Shown in pieces: positions 1-13,219 of a stretch of 64,000 bases of DNA; position 1 is the stretch's first letter; each line of letters starts with the position of its first letter. The notes beneath the pieces were generated by a model. The model saw nothing but the letters and a program-made list of their open reading frames with translations, was not told the DNA's origin and made no database searches. The position numbers and the translations under genes were made by a program. Source of the stretch: Chiloscyllium plagiosum (Eukaryota); assembly GCF_004010195.1 (NCBI RefSeq), contig NC_057719.1:28443153-28507152 (forward strand), in the 5' to 3' direction.

Positions 1-222
1 CAGAGGGTGGTACGTGTATGGAATGAGCTGCCAGAGGATGTGGTGGAGGCTGGTACAATTGCAACATTTAAGAGGCATTTGGATGGGTATATGAATAGGA
101 AGGGTTTGGAGGGATATGGGGCGGGTGCTGGTAGGTGGGACTAGATTGGGTTGGGATATCTGGTCGGCATGAACGGGTTGGACCGAAGGGTCTGTTTCTA
201 TGCTGTACATCTCTATGACTCT
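1..222 (+). mobile_element. CR1/HER1-type LINE 3' end
   Basis: cagagggtggtacgtgtatggaatgagctgccagagg C-terminal coding stretch and tail tgctgtacatctctatgactcta, repeated many times in the window. Confidence 0.85.
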
Positions 223-451
223 AGTCAGAATCATACAAAGGAAGATGGCTGTTGTCATTGGAATTCAATCATCTCAATCCTGAAACATTGATGCAGGATT
301 TCCTCAAAGTAGCTATTTTCAAATCAATGTGTTCAGAGATGTTTATATACACTTCTGGGTGCAAGAAGGACTTGAAGCCAGCCTGCCTCAGGAGTCACTA
401 ATTCTTCAATGTAACCTACTTTTCTCATCAACCTGTCCATGGATGTTATTA

Positions 452-2765
452 CATAGAGTTATAGAGTCATAGAGATGTACAGCATGGACACAGACCCTTC
501 AGTCCAACTCGTCCATGCCAACCACATATCCTAAATTATTCTAGTCACATTTGCCAGCAACTGCCCCATATATCTCTAAACCCTTGCTAGTCATATACCC
601 ATCCAGCTGCCTTTTAAACTGGTTATTGTACCACTCTCCACCACCTCCTATGGCAAGTCATTCCACACACGCATCAACTTCTGCGTGAAAATGTTACCCC
701 TTAGGTACCTTTTAAATTTTTCCACTCTCACGTTAAACCTATGCCCTCCAGTTCTGGATTCCCCAAACCCAGGAAAAGATCTTGTCTATTTACCCTATTT
801 ATGCCCCTCATGATTTTTATAAACCTCTATAAGGTCACTCCTTAGCTCCAATGCTCCAGGGAAAATCGCCCCAACCTATTCAGCCTCTCGCTGTAGCTCA
901 AACCCTCCAACCCTGGCAAAATCCCTGTAGTTTTTTTCTGAACCCTTTCAAGTTTCATAATAGCCGGGAGACCAGAATTGTACACAATATTCCAAAAGTG
1001 GCTGAACCAATGTCCTGTCCAGCCGCAACATGACCTCCCCACTCTTCTACTCAACGCTCAAACTAATAAAGGCATGTATACCAAATGCCTTCTTCACTAT
1101 CCCATCTAACTGCAACTCCACTTTCAAGGAATTATGAAGCTGCACTCCACTGTCTCTTTGCTCAGCAACACTCCTTACCATAAAGTGTTTAAGTCCTGCC
1201 CTGATTTGCCTTCCTAAAATGCAGCACATCACATTTATCTAAATTAAACTCCATCTATGAGTCCTTGGTCCATTTGCCCATCTGATTGAGGTCCCAATGT
1301 ACTGGGAGGCAACCTTCTTCGCTATTTTGGTGCCATTTTGGTGTAAATTTTGATATCATCTGCAAACTTACTAATTAAAACCTCCTATGTTCACATCCAA
1401 ATCATTTATATAAATGACAAAAAGCAGTGGACCCACCACTGATCCTTGTGGCACACCACTGGTCACAGGCCTCAGCGTGAAAAACAACTCCCCACCACCT
1501 CTCTCTGTCTTCTACCTTTGAATCAGTTCTGTATCCAAAGGGTTAGTTCTCCCTGTATTTCATGAGATCTAACCTTGCTAACCAGTCTATCATGAGGAAC
1601 TTTGTCAACAGCCTTATTGAAGTCCATATAGATCACATCTACCGCTCTGCCCTTATCAATTCTCTTTGTTACTTCTTCAAAAAACTCAATCAAATTTATG
1701 AGACATGATTTCCCACGCACAAAGCCATGATGACTATCCCTAATCAGTCATTTCCTCCCCAAATACATGTAAGTCCTATCCCTCAGGATTCATCCTACAA
1801 CTTACCTACCACCAATATCAGGCTCACTGGTCTGTAGTTCCCTGGCTTTTCCTTGCCACCTTTCTTAAGTAGTAGCACCACATTAGTCAAATTCCAGTCT
1901 TCCGGCACCTCACCTGTCACTATCAATGATACAAATATCTCAGCAAGGGGCCCAGCAATCACTTCCTTAGCTTCCCACAGAGTTCTCGGGTACACCTGAT
2001 CAGGTCCTGGGGATTTATCCATCTTTACGCATTTTAAGACACCCAGCACCTCTTTGAGGGGCCATGTTCTCTTCCTAGTTACCCTTTTGTCCTTAATGTA
2101 TTTATAAAATCCCTTTGGATTCTCCTTAACCCTATTTGCCAAAGCTATCTCATGTCCCCTTTTTGCCCTCCTGATTTTCCTCTTAAATATACTCCTACTG
2201 CCATTATACTCTTCTAAGGATTCATGCAATCTCTCATGTCTATACCAGACATGTGCTTCCTTCTTTTTCTTAACCAAAACCTCAATTTCTCTGGTCTTCC
2301 AGTATTCCTTACACCTATCAGCCTTGCCTTTCATCCTAACAGGAACATACTGTCTCTTGTTATCTCATTTTTGAAGGCTTCCCATTTTCCAGCCATTCCT
2401 TTACATGCGAATATCCACCCCCAACCAACTTTTGAAAGTTCTTGCCTAATACCATCAAAATTGATCTTCCTCCAATTTATAATTTTAACTTTTATATCCG
2501 GTCTATCCTTTTCCATCACTATTTTAAATCTAAGAGAATTATGGTCGCTGACACCTCAGTCACCTGACCTGCCTTATTTCCCAGAAGTAGGTCAAGGTTT
2601 GCACCTTCTCTAGTAGATACATCCATATACTGAATCAGAAAAGTTTCTTGTAAACACTTGGACAAATTCCTCTCCGTTTAAACCATTAACTCTAAGGCAG
2701 TCCCAGTCTATGTTTGGAAAGTTAAAATCCCCTACCATAACCACCGTATTATTCTTACTGATAAC
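452..2765 (-). mobile_element. CR1/HER1-type LINE, degenerate ORF2 (RT)
   Basis: ORFs with DKSPGPDQVYPRTLWEA, KPGNYRPVSL, GKSCLINLIEFFEEVT, VDVIYMDF, KLERVQK; atagagtc tail near 455. Confidence 0.9.
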
Positions 2766-3332
2766 TGCCTCTGGAACATGTGTGACATGGACTAGGAATT
2801 TATTAGCACAGCAGTAGGGACACTACCACTGCACACTACAATCTCTGCTTCTCAGTGCCCTGGACTTAATCATCTTCCACTGCTTCATCAATTATCTTTC
2901 CTCCACAGTACCATCAGAACTGAGGATCTTTCTGATTGTACACTGTTCAGCTCCACTCACAATTTCTCAGATACTGAATCAACCCAGGTCTAAATGCACC
3001 AAGATCCAGGCATGGGCTAATATATGGAAAATAATATTTGCATCACATAAGTGCCAAGCAATTACCATCTCAAAAGAGAATCTTACTATCACTACTTAAC
3101 TTTCAATAGCATTATCATCACTGAACTCCTCACCGTCAACATTAGTTGAGTGTTACTATCAACCAGAAACTGAGCTGGACCAGTACATAAATACTGTGGT
3201 TACAAAGCAGGTCTGACGATTCTGTGTTGAAGAACCAACCTCCTCACTCGCCACAGCTTGTCCACCTTCGACCAGTCCAAGTGAGGCGGGTAATGGGATA
3301 TTCCCCAGTTGCCTGGCTGAATACAGCTCTAA

Positions 3333-3971
3333 ATGTGTTGCTGAAAAAGCGCAGCAGGTCAGGCAGCATCCAAGGAGCAGGAGAATCGACGTTTCGGGCA
3401 TGAGCCCTTCTTCAGGAATGAGGAAAGTGTGCCAAACAGGCTAAGATAAAAGGTAGGGAGGAGGAACTTGGGGGAGGGGCGTTGGAAATGCGATAGGTGG
3501 AAGGAGGTCAAGTTGAGGGTGATAGGCCGGAGTGGGGGTGGGGGTCTGGCGATGGAGGAGTCCAAGGACCTGCATGTCCTTGGTGGAGTGGGAGGGGCAG
3601 TTGAAGTGTTGAGCCACGGGGTGGTTGGGTTGGTTGGTCCGGGGGTCCCAGAGGTGTTCTCTGAAACATTCCGCAAATAGGTGGTCTGTCTCCCCAATAT
3701 AGAGGAGGCCACATCGGGTGCCGCCCCCACCCCCACCTATCACCCTCACCTTAACCTCCTTCCACCTATCGCATTTTCAACGCCCCTCCCCCAAGTCCCT
3801 CCTCTCTATCTTTTATCTTAGCCTGCTTGGCACACTTTCCTCATTCCTGAAGAAGGGCTCATGCCCGAAACGTCGATTCTCCTGCTCCTTGGATGCTGCC
3901 TGACCTGCTGCGCTTTTCCAGCAAAACATTTTCAGCTCTGATCTCCAGCATCTGCAGTCCTCACTTTCTCC
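3333..3971. mobile_element. Penelope-like element 3' portion in inverted-repeat arrangement
   Basis: GIY-YIG-like CGLLYIGETDHLFAECFREHL; about 3333-3545 is an inverted copy of about 3720-3930; 16-bp TSD ctgaatacagctctaa at 3317-3332 and 3972-3987. Confidence 0.85.
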
Positions 3972-4084
3972 CTGAATACAGCTCTAACAATACTTAAGAA
4001 ATTTAAAAATATCAGGGACAAAGATGTCTGTTCGATTGTTTCCACAAATGTTTAAACCCTCTACCACACCCGCACAAAGAAAAT

Positions 4085-4400
4085 AGAATCATAGAACCTA
4101 TAAAGGGTCGAAGCAGGCCATTTGGCCCATCGAGTCTACACCAAACACCCAAAGAGCACCCTACCCAGACCCACCCCGCTACTCTGTGCATTCCACTTTG
4201 CCAACACATTGCTGGACACTTTGGGTAATTTAGCATGGCCAATTCACCTAACCTACACATCTTTGCACAGTGGGAGGAAATTGGAGTACCCGGAGGAAAC
4301 CCACACAGAAAGTGCAAATTCTACACAGTCGCCCGAGGGTAGAATCAAACCCTGGCACTGGGAGACAGTAGTGCTAACCACTGAGCCACCGTGCCACCCC
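4085..4400 (-). mobile_element. HE1-type SINE
   Basis: tRNA-like head gggtggcacggtggctcagtggttagcact on minus strand, conserved central core, LINE-like tail. Confidence 0.85.
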
Positions 4401-5039
4401 ATTTACAAGATACACTGCAGCAACTCACCAAAGTTCCTTTAACAACACCTTCTAAACCAGAGTCTCCACCATCTAGAAGGTCAAAAGCAGCAGATGCCTG
4501 AGAACATCACTAGCCAATTCCCCTCCAAAATACTCACAAGCCTGTTTTGGAACTATATCATCATTCCTTCACTGTCATATTAATCAAAATTCTAGAATTC
4601 ACTTCCTAGCTACACTATGAGTTAACCTACACCCTGTACACTGATGGCCTCACCATCACCTTAAGAAGTATTTAGTTGAGAACTTGAAATGTCATGGCAT
4701 ACAAGGCTACAGGTCAACTGCTGGAAGGATTAGGATAAGTGTTGGTCCCAAAAGGAGGAGGCTATCAGAAGTGGAAGATTTGTAGGGAAATAGCTCAAAT
4801 CAAACATCATATCAAGATCTAACAATCTATTCAGGTTTCTCAAATCAAAACCTGAATATCATTGGCTTTTGAATACAGAAAGAGACAGGATTCTATATGT
4901 TCCATATTTGGGAAAACATTTCAAACATCACCATGATTGGAAAAGCTTTAAGATACATACAGACACATATTCACAGGTACAGACAGGGTGGGCCGAAGGG
5001 CCAATTTCCATGCTGTAAAGCCTCTTTGACCCTATGCCT

Positions 5040-5540
5040 CAGCATCAACCCATTGCTTCTCTCACAGTAACCCTCCATAAATATTGTTCGATCTTCCTCC
5101 CTATACAAACTATTTCTCACACTCCCTTTCTACATCTTTTTGTAGATGATGACAGTGTAGATCTCCAGGGAGAGGCAGAGAATGACACAGCACCGTGATA
5201 ACCATCTGTTCATGACCTCTAGCATTGTGTGCCTTATTTGGTCGCTGCGGAAGTCTTGTTTCAGGAGGCCACACTTTTCAGCAACAACATGCGGGAAAGG
5301 TCTCAGCTTCCTAATATATTCTTGCTCGCACATATTGCGAGAGCTGGTCTTCTGCCCGTATGTTCGGAGTCTCCATCAAGCTGGACCTCTGCTGTGGCCA
5401 GAGGGGAAGATGTTGCTGCCACTTATGCTCCTGTTGCTGTAACTGTTGATGTTACAATTTTTCTTGTTCCTCCTCATAAGAGATCCAATGTCCAGCTTCA
5501 TAAGTGCTCCCATGCTGCAATTAAGCATGGCATCTGACCA
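5040..5540 (-). mobile_element. Degenerate PIF/Harbinger transposase 5' fragment
   Basis: Minus frame RTYGQKTSSRNMCEQEYIRKLRPFPHVVAEKCGLLKQD resembles the N-terminus of HARBI1-like transposases (recognised from memory, not aligned). Confidence 0.55.
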
Positions 5541-6914
5541 CCCTGATTCCTCCTACCCTGGGGACTATACTGAAGGTGGGAGATCATTCAATGATGCATA
5601 CATCCAGACATATATTGGCAACCTTCAGACAGCTATAAATATGACGATCAATAAAAGAGCGAAGGAAGCCAGGAATGTACAAGAGGCCAGAATTGGACGA
5701 TTCTAATACTCACATTCTCCTATTTGTTGTTCTTCAATGCTATCCATAGCCGTGACAGCAAGGATGGAAGTCTGCTGCACATTATAGTCTCAAAATGCAA
5801 TTCTCACAAAGGGACTGTGAGAATTCATTTGCATGGGCTGCAGATCACACAAGGACATGGGATTTAATGCTGCTTCAATATAAGGCATGTTCCAATTTGA
5901 AATGTAAAAGGGCAAAAGGATAATGTCTCAGGCTAAAGACTGAGAGAGGTAAACAAAGCTTCATCAAAGACCTGAGTTTTTGAACAGGTTTTTACAGCAG
6001 AAATTTGTAGAGAGGCAGCGGTTTCAGGAAGGAATTGCCAAAGAGCAACATCAAGGAACTTAGTTTGAATTGACAGGTTACATAAATCTAGCTCATATTG
6101 CTTTGAAGTTGTGGGTGATCTGAAATGTGCTTAAAATTCTAAAGTGATCCAATAGGGTTGATACAGGTAAACAATTACTTTTAAGCAGTGAATCCAGTCA
6201 AAAATAAACTTAAACATAGAACTAAGTCATTTAGGAGTGAAATCAGGAAACATTATAACATATAAAGGGCAGCGGAAATCAAAATGCTGCGGACACTGGA
6301 TCAATTGAAATTTTCAAGACCGAGATCAATACATGTTTTCTCATTAAGGCTATCAAAGGATATGGAGCACAGGAAGTAAGTGGATTCCACAAACTGATGA
6401 GTAATGATTTAGATGAATGGAGAATAGGCTTGAGGGGCAAAATGGCCTTTTCCTTTTCCTGTAGCTCTGCTCAGAGTCAAATAGCTACTGGAGATGTAAA
6501 ATAATCTGGTTTCTACTGAGGAAGCGGTGAGGAATTCAATCTGTGACAAACTAGGAGAATATTCATGGTGGGCGCTGAAAATAATGGCTGAAATCATTTC
6601 AATGTCAATTTTAGCTCATCCAAAACTTGACCTGACAGCCTGTAAGTAAAATAGGGATCAAGAAGGGTGACAGACAAATAATCAGAGTAGAAATTCACCA
6701 ATGTCTGCAGCTGATGTCACTAGCAAGGAAGAAAAAGTGGATCGAGGATATCTTTACTGGGAGAGCCCAGGAGTGCTGTTCCTTAAAATAACATAAGGAA
6801 TAGCGAGGAGCCAAGCTGATTTTGGACAGATTCTACTTCCAAATGTTACCTCTCCATGTAAAATGCAGATTGCTAACTTGTAAATGTATATTATCAATGA
6901 AGGGACAAGTGATT

Positions 6915-7238
6915 TAAGAAATGAGATGGTGTCTTTTCGCTAGGTTGGAAGACTTCAAGTCTAGGGGATACATGCTTCGGGTGAGAGGAGAAAGATTTGA
7001 AACAGAAATGAGGGGCAACATTTTTCCACAGAGACTGGTTAGTGTGTGGAACAAACTGCCGGGGATGGACGTGGGAACAGTCACAATGTTCAAATGACCT
7101 TCAGATGAGTACATGAATAAGAGATGTTTGGATGGATATAGACCAAGCGCAAGCAGGTGGGACTGGATTAGTTTGGGATTATGGTCAGCACAGACTGGTT
7201 GGACTGAAGGGTCTGTTTCCATGCTGTATGACTCTACA
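6915..7238 (+). mobile_element. CR1/HER1 LINE 3' end
   Basis: Same tail as 1-222 (gaagggtctgtttccatgctgtatgactcta). Confidence 0.8.
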
Positions 7239-7521
7239 TATATGAGCTCTGAGTGCCCTAAATCACAACGTTAATTTAAAGGAATACTGCCGTTATGTTG
7301 ACAGTGGAAGAAAAGTCGAATAGTCCTATCACGTGTAATGTTGCATTTTAATAGGTGTTAAGCCAAAGTAAAAGGCCAAGTATTCTGCTTTCAAACTCTA
7401 TGCTTGTGGTTTTCCACTATATTACAGCAGCATTAATTTGCATCAAATGTCCTAAATTGAAATAAATCCTGATATTTGTTAGACTGGAATAGCCTTCATT
7501 CAGTGTCAGTGAGGTCAGTCT

Positions 7522-7769
7522 TCAAGTTGCAGTCTGTGGGAACTGTTGTGGTGCCTCTTTGTCTGGGCCTCTGTCTAACTGGAGTAAGGTTTCACGCACA
7601 GCCTGAGGGCTAGCAAAACAGCTGCAGGCAAACTGCAACGTTCCTCCAATTACACAGTGGAAATGGCGACTTTCTGGAGAAACATTCATTTTTCATAAGA
7701 GCTGGTATTCCGTTGGTCATGAGCACTGCTGCCTCACCAGGGTTTTTCCCAAGGATCTGATCACATTCC
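7522..7769 (-). CDS. Exon G (probable last coding exon); (G)NVIRSLGKTLVRQQCS*PTEYQLL*KMNVSPESRHFHCVIGGTLQFACSCFASPQAVRETLLQLDRGPDKEAPQQFPQTAT*
   Basis: Acceptor gttttttttctcag|GG; TGA at 7719-7717, 7695-7693 and 7524-7522; frame continues to TAG at 7419-7417; ATTAAA poly(A)-like signal on minus strand at 7352-7347. Confidence 0.6.
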
Positions 7770-8757
7770 CTGAGAAAAAAAACTGCTGAATTTTTTTAAA
7801 AAATAAGGCACTTTACTCTTGCAATAAAGACATGCATTCCACTCAAATTTTACATTAGGTTGATAAAAAGAAAAAACCTTGCTTCATATTTTACACAATT
7901 AGACCAACGGCCAGCATAGTTTATTACACACTGATAAATATGTATTCAGCCAATCAAAAAGAAAGGTAACAAGAAAAAATTTATTTATATAGCGCCATTA
8001 ACACAGTAAAATGTCCTACATGCTTTACAGGAGCAATTATCAAACTAAATTTGACATTTAGTCACATAAGCCAGGTAGGCTGATATCATTACTTCAGCTA
8101 ATTGAGCAATAATTATTTAATTTCAATTCTCTTGCCAGTTTTATGCACTGTTTCAAGTTGATTTGTGACATCATGCCTAGCCCCAGCCAGAGGTAAATAA
8201 GTGAAAAGGTCCCAGGTTTTGTGTCAGTGATTCCTTTGTGACCAGTCCTTGGGGAGTTCACAAGAACGACCTGGGATTGCTTCAGATTTCCCTCTATCCT
8301 TAAGGGAAAGCAGTCTGTACAGGTTTGTTTCCTACCAACCCTCCCACACGTGGCTATGTATTTCTCCTAATTTGGAATTCTGTTATAATTGGGAACTCTT
8401 CAATTGTGATTTAAAAACCAATTTCCAGGATCATTTGTTTCATGAGTGTTTTGAACAAACCCTCAGAGAGTGCAGCTATCAGACTCAGACTACTATTATC
8501 CTTCGAGCACAAATATTGTGTAACATTTGGATCTTATTCATGAACAGTTGGTAGCTCCTAGTAAACATAATACTTGCCCTCTCCCCCTAATTGCTTAATG
8601 TTCTGCCAGGAGATTTATCCAATTAAGTCATTTTCATTGCAACGAGCAACGGATCAGTTTCACTTTGCAATCAATGTGCATTTTCCCCCCCTGCATTTGG
8701 GCCTATTTCAAAAGAATATCACAAACATTGATTCCATCACTGAATTTTGATCCTCAC

Positions 8758-8818
8758 CAATAATGGTGTCTTCTGTCGTCCTGTCAGTCAAATCAATGGA
8801 AATTTGGATTATTATTGA
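8758..8818 (-). CDS. Exon F; SIIIQISIDLTDRTTEDTII
   Basis: Acceptor ccatttcctgtttcag|TCA, donor ATTG|gtgagg; 61 nt, phase 0 to 1, exactly what links exon E to exon G; only this frame is open. Confidence 0.7.
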
Positions 8819-9594
8819 CTGAAACAGGAAATGGAGCTTTCATGGACTATGCAAACAAATGCACAAAAATTTGAACACCAAAATGTTACACAGATGAGTA
8901 GTCACTGCAGAAAAGAGAATCTATTCAAGCAAGCTTTCTATATATTTACACACATAAATAAGAAATGAGAGGAACTACAGCAGAAAAAAATACTTTAAAC
9001 CTATTAAATTCTGCAAACACGTCTGACACTGGAGAATTTGGTAGCTAAGATTGAACTGTTGTCTAAATCATTGTTGAAAAATATGCAGCTAGCAAACAAG
9101 TTAAAATTGTGCAAAATGGGCATTTTTAAAATTGTGTATAAAAGACTATTTCTGTAGCCTCTGAAAGATGCATCCAATTCTATTGGTATCAGCAAGCACT
9201 TAAAGATAACAGCTGGTCCATCACTTGGCCAGAAAGATTTAGAGGGTACACCAGACCTTCCACATGACTGCAAGAACATCAAAGGAGAAATGTCCTGTCT
9301 TCTCTTTGGTTGGTGTTGGAATAGAATAGGTGCTAAAGTGGCTTAAAAATTGATTCAGAATGACCCGATTGTAGTTGGACTTTACAAAAAGCCTTAGATG
9401 CAAACTAGGCTCTGTTTTAAAATTGTACTAAAACACGAGTGCAAATTCCAAAGATTATTGTCATCACTGTTTCACTGTTAGCTCAACACTAAAACTGAAG
9501 ATCGGTGGAGATCCAAGATGGCGGCAGTCTGAGTGGTCTGCTGTGCTGGGCTCTGTGCCATACCCCCAGGCAAGGTGGAGCTTTATCCTCCCTT

Positions 9595-9754
9595 CTGGAT
9601 TAGTGGTGCTGGAAGAGCACAGCAGTTCATCCGAGGAGCAGTAAAATCGACGTTTTGGGCAAAAGCCCTTCATCAGGAATTCCTGAACTGCTGTGCTCTT
9701 CCAGCACCACTAATCCAGAATCTGGTTTCCAGCATCTGCAGTCACTGTTTTTAC
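9595..9754. mobile_element. Penelope-derived mini hairpin insertion in the L1 5' UTR
   Basis: Inverted arms ggattagtggtgctggaagagcacagcagttca / tgaactgctgtgctcttccagcaccactaatcc; 14-bp TSD ctttatcctccctt at 9581-9594 and 9755-9768. Confidence 0.85.
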
Positions 9755-10684
9755 CTTTATCCTCCCTTATCAACCATCCCCAGGAGAAAAAAAGTAGTAG
9801 TTTAAACTTGCTGACTATTTGGAGTTGCTGAAATTGTGTGGGACAGCTTTATGGCCAGGATGAAGTCGAATAAAGGGGCCTAAAGGAGTACAGCAGACAG
9901 GGCACTTCCCTATTGCATCGAGGGTGCCTGCAGCCTGTGTTCAAACTCCTGGGGCAGCCCCTTTGGACCCAGCAGGACAGTATCATTTACTCGTGGAGTT
10001 TGCAGCAGTTGAGCCACTGTCTGCCATGCTAGAAAAGCATGAACAGAAAATCCAGCTGCTGTATTGAAGAATGGAGGCAGTGAAGGAGAGGACCGCAGCA
10101 TCAGAGACCGTGGCGGACGTCTCAGGAGAAAGAATCTGAAAGCTGGAAGAACAGGTTCGGCTCCTTCAGGATCAAGTTGACGATCTTGAAAATAAAAATA
10201 AAAGGAAAAACATACATATCGTGGGTCTCCCAGAAAGGGAGGAAGGCGAGGACCTCGTCAGGTTCCTGGAGGGGTGGCTCCTGAAGTTCCTGGGGTTGGA
10301 GTTGGAGTTGGGCCTGGTAAGCGCGGAGCGGGCCAACTGGATCACAATGTGCAGGACGGGCCGGACCCGTGCCCCCACGTGGTCCTAGTGCAGCTCCTGT
10401 ATTATAAAGAAAAACAATTAATAGTTGAAACAGCAACAAGACTGGGAAGGAATTCACAAGCTTTAATGTACAAAGGCTTAAATATAATGTTCTTTCAGGC
10501 CTTTTCAGGAGCCCTAATTAAGAAGAAAAATACATTTGATGATGTCAAGAAAGAATTCAGGGACCTGAACATTCAGTACTCCTTGAGGTACCCAGCCGTG
10601 TTGCGTGTCGCCCATGGGGGGACGATATGTAACTTTGACTCCGCAGAAAAGGTGAAGGACTTTGTGAAGTCTTTAAATTGAAGG

Positions 10685-11305
10685 GTGTAAGGGTGGAGAA
10701 GGACCCCATCTCTCTCCTTTTGGGCCTACCCATTGTATTTCCTGCAGACGTGCATAAGAAAAAACCTTTCAATATTCTCACGTTCTGTGCAAGAAAGAAT
10801 ATCTTGCTAGGTTGGATATCCGAAAATCCCCCAGGCCTGTCGGGTTGGCGGAAGATTGTTATGGAGCATATTCCCCTGGATTTTCTCACAAATATGGTAC
10901 ACCACAAAACTGAGAATTTTTACAAGACATGGCAGCCCTTTTTGGAATTTCTGGACACAGATTTATCTGCCACACTAACAAGGGCTTTTATATAGACGTA
11001 ACGATTGTGTTTCACAAGTTCAATATCCAGGGAGGAGGAACTGTGAATGTCTGAGTGTTTTGTTTGGCTAGACTGAGTTATTATTTATCTGTTGTTGGTT
11101 ATTTATTTATTCAGTTAAATTGCTAGTTTAGGTTTATTTTAATTTTATATTTTTTGATATATGTTTATACATTTGTGCAGGAGGGTGGGTTGGGTTTTTT
11201 TTTATTTGGGTTTATCTTTGTACTGTTTAGAATTGCATTGTTTTGTACTTGTTGTAATATTTTAAAAATCTGTTTTTTCTCAATAAAAATATATTATCAA
11301 AAAAG
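10685..11305 (+). mobile_element. 5'-truncated L1 3' end inserted at the host L1 ORF1 stop
   Basis: Encodes an ORF2 C-terminus (LTNMVHHKTENFYKTWQPFL) paralogous to about 15720-15830; aataaa and A-tail; TSD attgaagg at 10677-10684 and 11306-11313. Confidence 0.8.
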
Positions 11306-13219
11306 ATTGAAGGACCTGAGTCAGGGTGGGAGGGGAGGGGGCATCATTGTGGACAATGGTTTGGGCTTTTTATTACCCCTTTTTTTACTTCCCTCTCCCC
11401 CTTTCTTTTTTGTGGTTATTGGTTTTATATGTACAGTTTTGTTGTAAAATTGTAAAATTGGAATTATTTTAGATATCGATCAGTTGGATATTATCTAGGG
11501 CTCCTTTTTTTGAACTGCTGTCCTTTTGATTTTGATGGCGATATCTGTGGTTAAAATGGGGGGGGGAGGGGATGAGAATCTATTGTTAGCTTTCAGAATG
11601 TAAATAACAGGTTTTCCTCATTTGAGAATTGCCCGGGGCTAGGGCATGGCCTCAGCTAGAGGGAGTTAAGAAGGCAGTAAGGATTGGGAGGGGTGCCCCC
11701 TATGGGCAAGGGGGAATATCTCAAGCGAATTGGGGGTTATTTGGCTGTTAGCTTCAGTTAAATGTAGTTTTTTTAGTTGTAGTTGGTTTCATAGGAATAG
11801 TTTTTAGATCTCATAGAGTTAATATCTTTGTAGCTCATCATGCCTCAGATAAGCTCCCTTCTCCTGGGAAACCACGGGCTACCCTGGATGACCATGGCTA
11901 GTGATTTGTTCAGGTGTGCACCTGGAATATAAAAGGGAACCATCCTCCTATTAAAAGAAAGAAGGTCTTATAAAGCTTTAGGAAGGAAAGGGTGAACATT
12001 GCCCTGCTGCAGGAGACACATCTAACTGATAAGGAATATCTGACACTGCAGCAGGGGGTGTTATGACAGGGTATTTTTCTTATCCTTCAGCTCTACAAGT
12101 AGAAGAATGGCTATACTGATAAGTAGGAACCTCCCTTTCCAGGTAACGGAGCAGATTAAGGATGAACATGGACGTTTTATCATTCTTAAAGTCCTAATAC
12201 ATGGAGAAGAGTGCGGCATTTTGAATGTATATTGTCCCCCAGCGCACCTTCTTAAATTTCTAATTGATGTAGTGGCTAAATTAATGAATCTTGGGGTACA
12301 CCAAACGATTATAGGAGGAAATTTTAATTGCCTAATAGACCCAGAGATTGACAGGGTGCCAAAAGGCCTGGCAGGTGCACCAGTGCAGTCTAAACAGTTG
12401 GCGGACATGTACAATGAGTTGGGACTAGTGGATGTGTGGAGGTATTTCCAGCCTAATGGAAGAGACTTCACATTCAATTCCAACCCACACAAATGCTATA
12501 CGCGAATTGACATGTTTTTTATGCCACCTGACGGTTTGGACAGAACATTGGTGTGCAAAATTGGGAATATAGTTGTTTCAGTTCATGTGCCAGTGTATTT
12601 AGATGTTATAATCAAGGGTAGTGGAATGAATGCACATCACTGGCGCATGGATCCATTTTTGTTAAGGGATAGCAAATTTGTTGAGATTACAAGAGAGTTT
12701 GGGGCCTTCTGGGATATCAACTCAGGTATGGCTAGTAATCCAGCAACTAAGGGAGGCAACTAAGGCATATTTACGAGGCTGCTCTCTGGGCTGCTCTCAA
12801 CTTAATGTATACACAAGTGGCTAAAAAAGAGGTCTCCTTTGCCAAACAAAGGTTGTTCGAATTTGGAGATAAGCCTGGTAGATATCTGGTTTATTTGACT
12901 AGGAGGAAAAAAGCTTCCCAATCTATTACGTCTGTTAGGGAGAAAGTTGGTACGATTACCCGTGAATTGAAGAAGATCAATGTTAGGTTTAGGGAATACT
13001 TTGCAGAGCTAAATTGGTCGGGGCGGGGGCGAACACAGTACAATGGGAATGCAGTCCTTTTTTGAAAATCTGGACCTCCCCAATATAGATACGCAACCTA
13101 TAACGATACAGGAAGTGCAGGGCGCAATAAGGCATCTCCAAGGTGGCAAAGCACCAGGACGAGATGGATTCCCAAGTGAATTCTAAAAGGAATTCATAAA
13201 CATGTTAGTGGAGCCACTT

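Larger units (their letters stand above)
2870..4660 (+). mobile_element. Older CR1/L2-like LINE fragment interrupted by a Penelope-derived insert and an HE1 SINE
   Basis: tgcttcatcaattatctttcctcc at about 2881 matches the CFNDLPSIIRSEVGMF family seen at 32740-32973; the sequence resumes after the inserts. Confidence 0.55.

Noticed and set aside
6409..6640. Possible further minus-strand exon (acceptor ttttacttacag)
   Set aside because: No clear donor in exon G to reach it, it lies beyond the ATTAAA signal, and it runs into a LINE tail.
9004..9272. Minus-strand acceptor ttcttgcag followed by an open frame SCGRSGVPSKSF...
   Set aside because: No convincing donor, and it is not needed for phase continuity between exons E and F.
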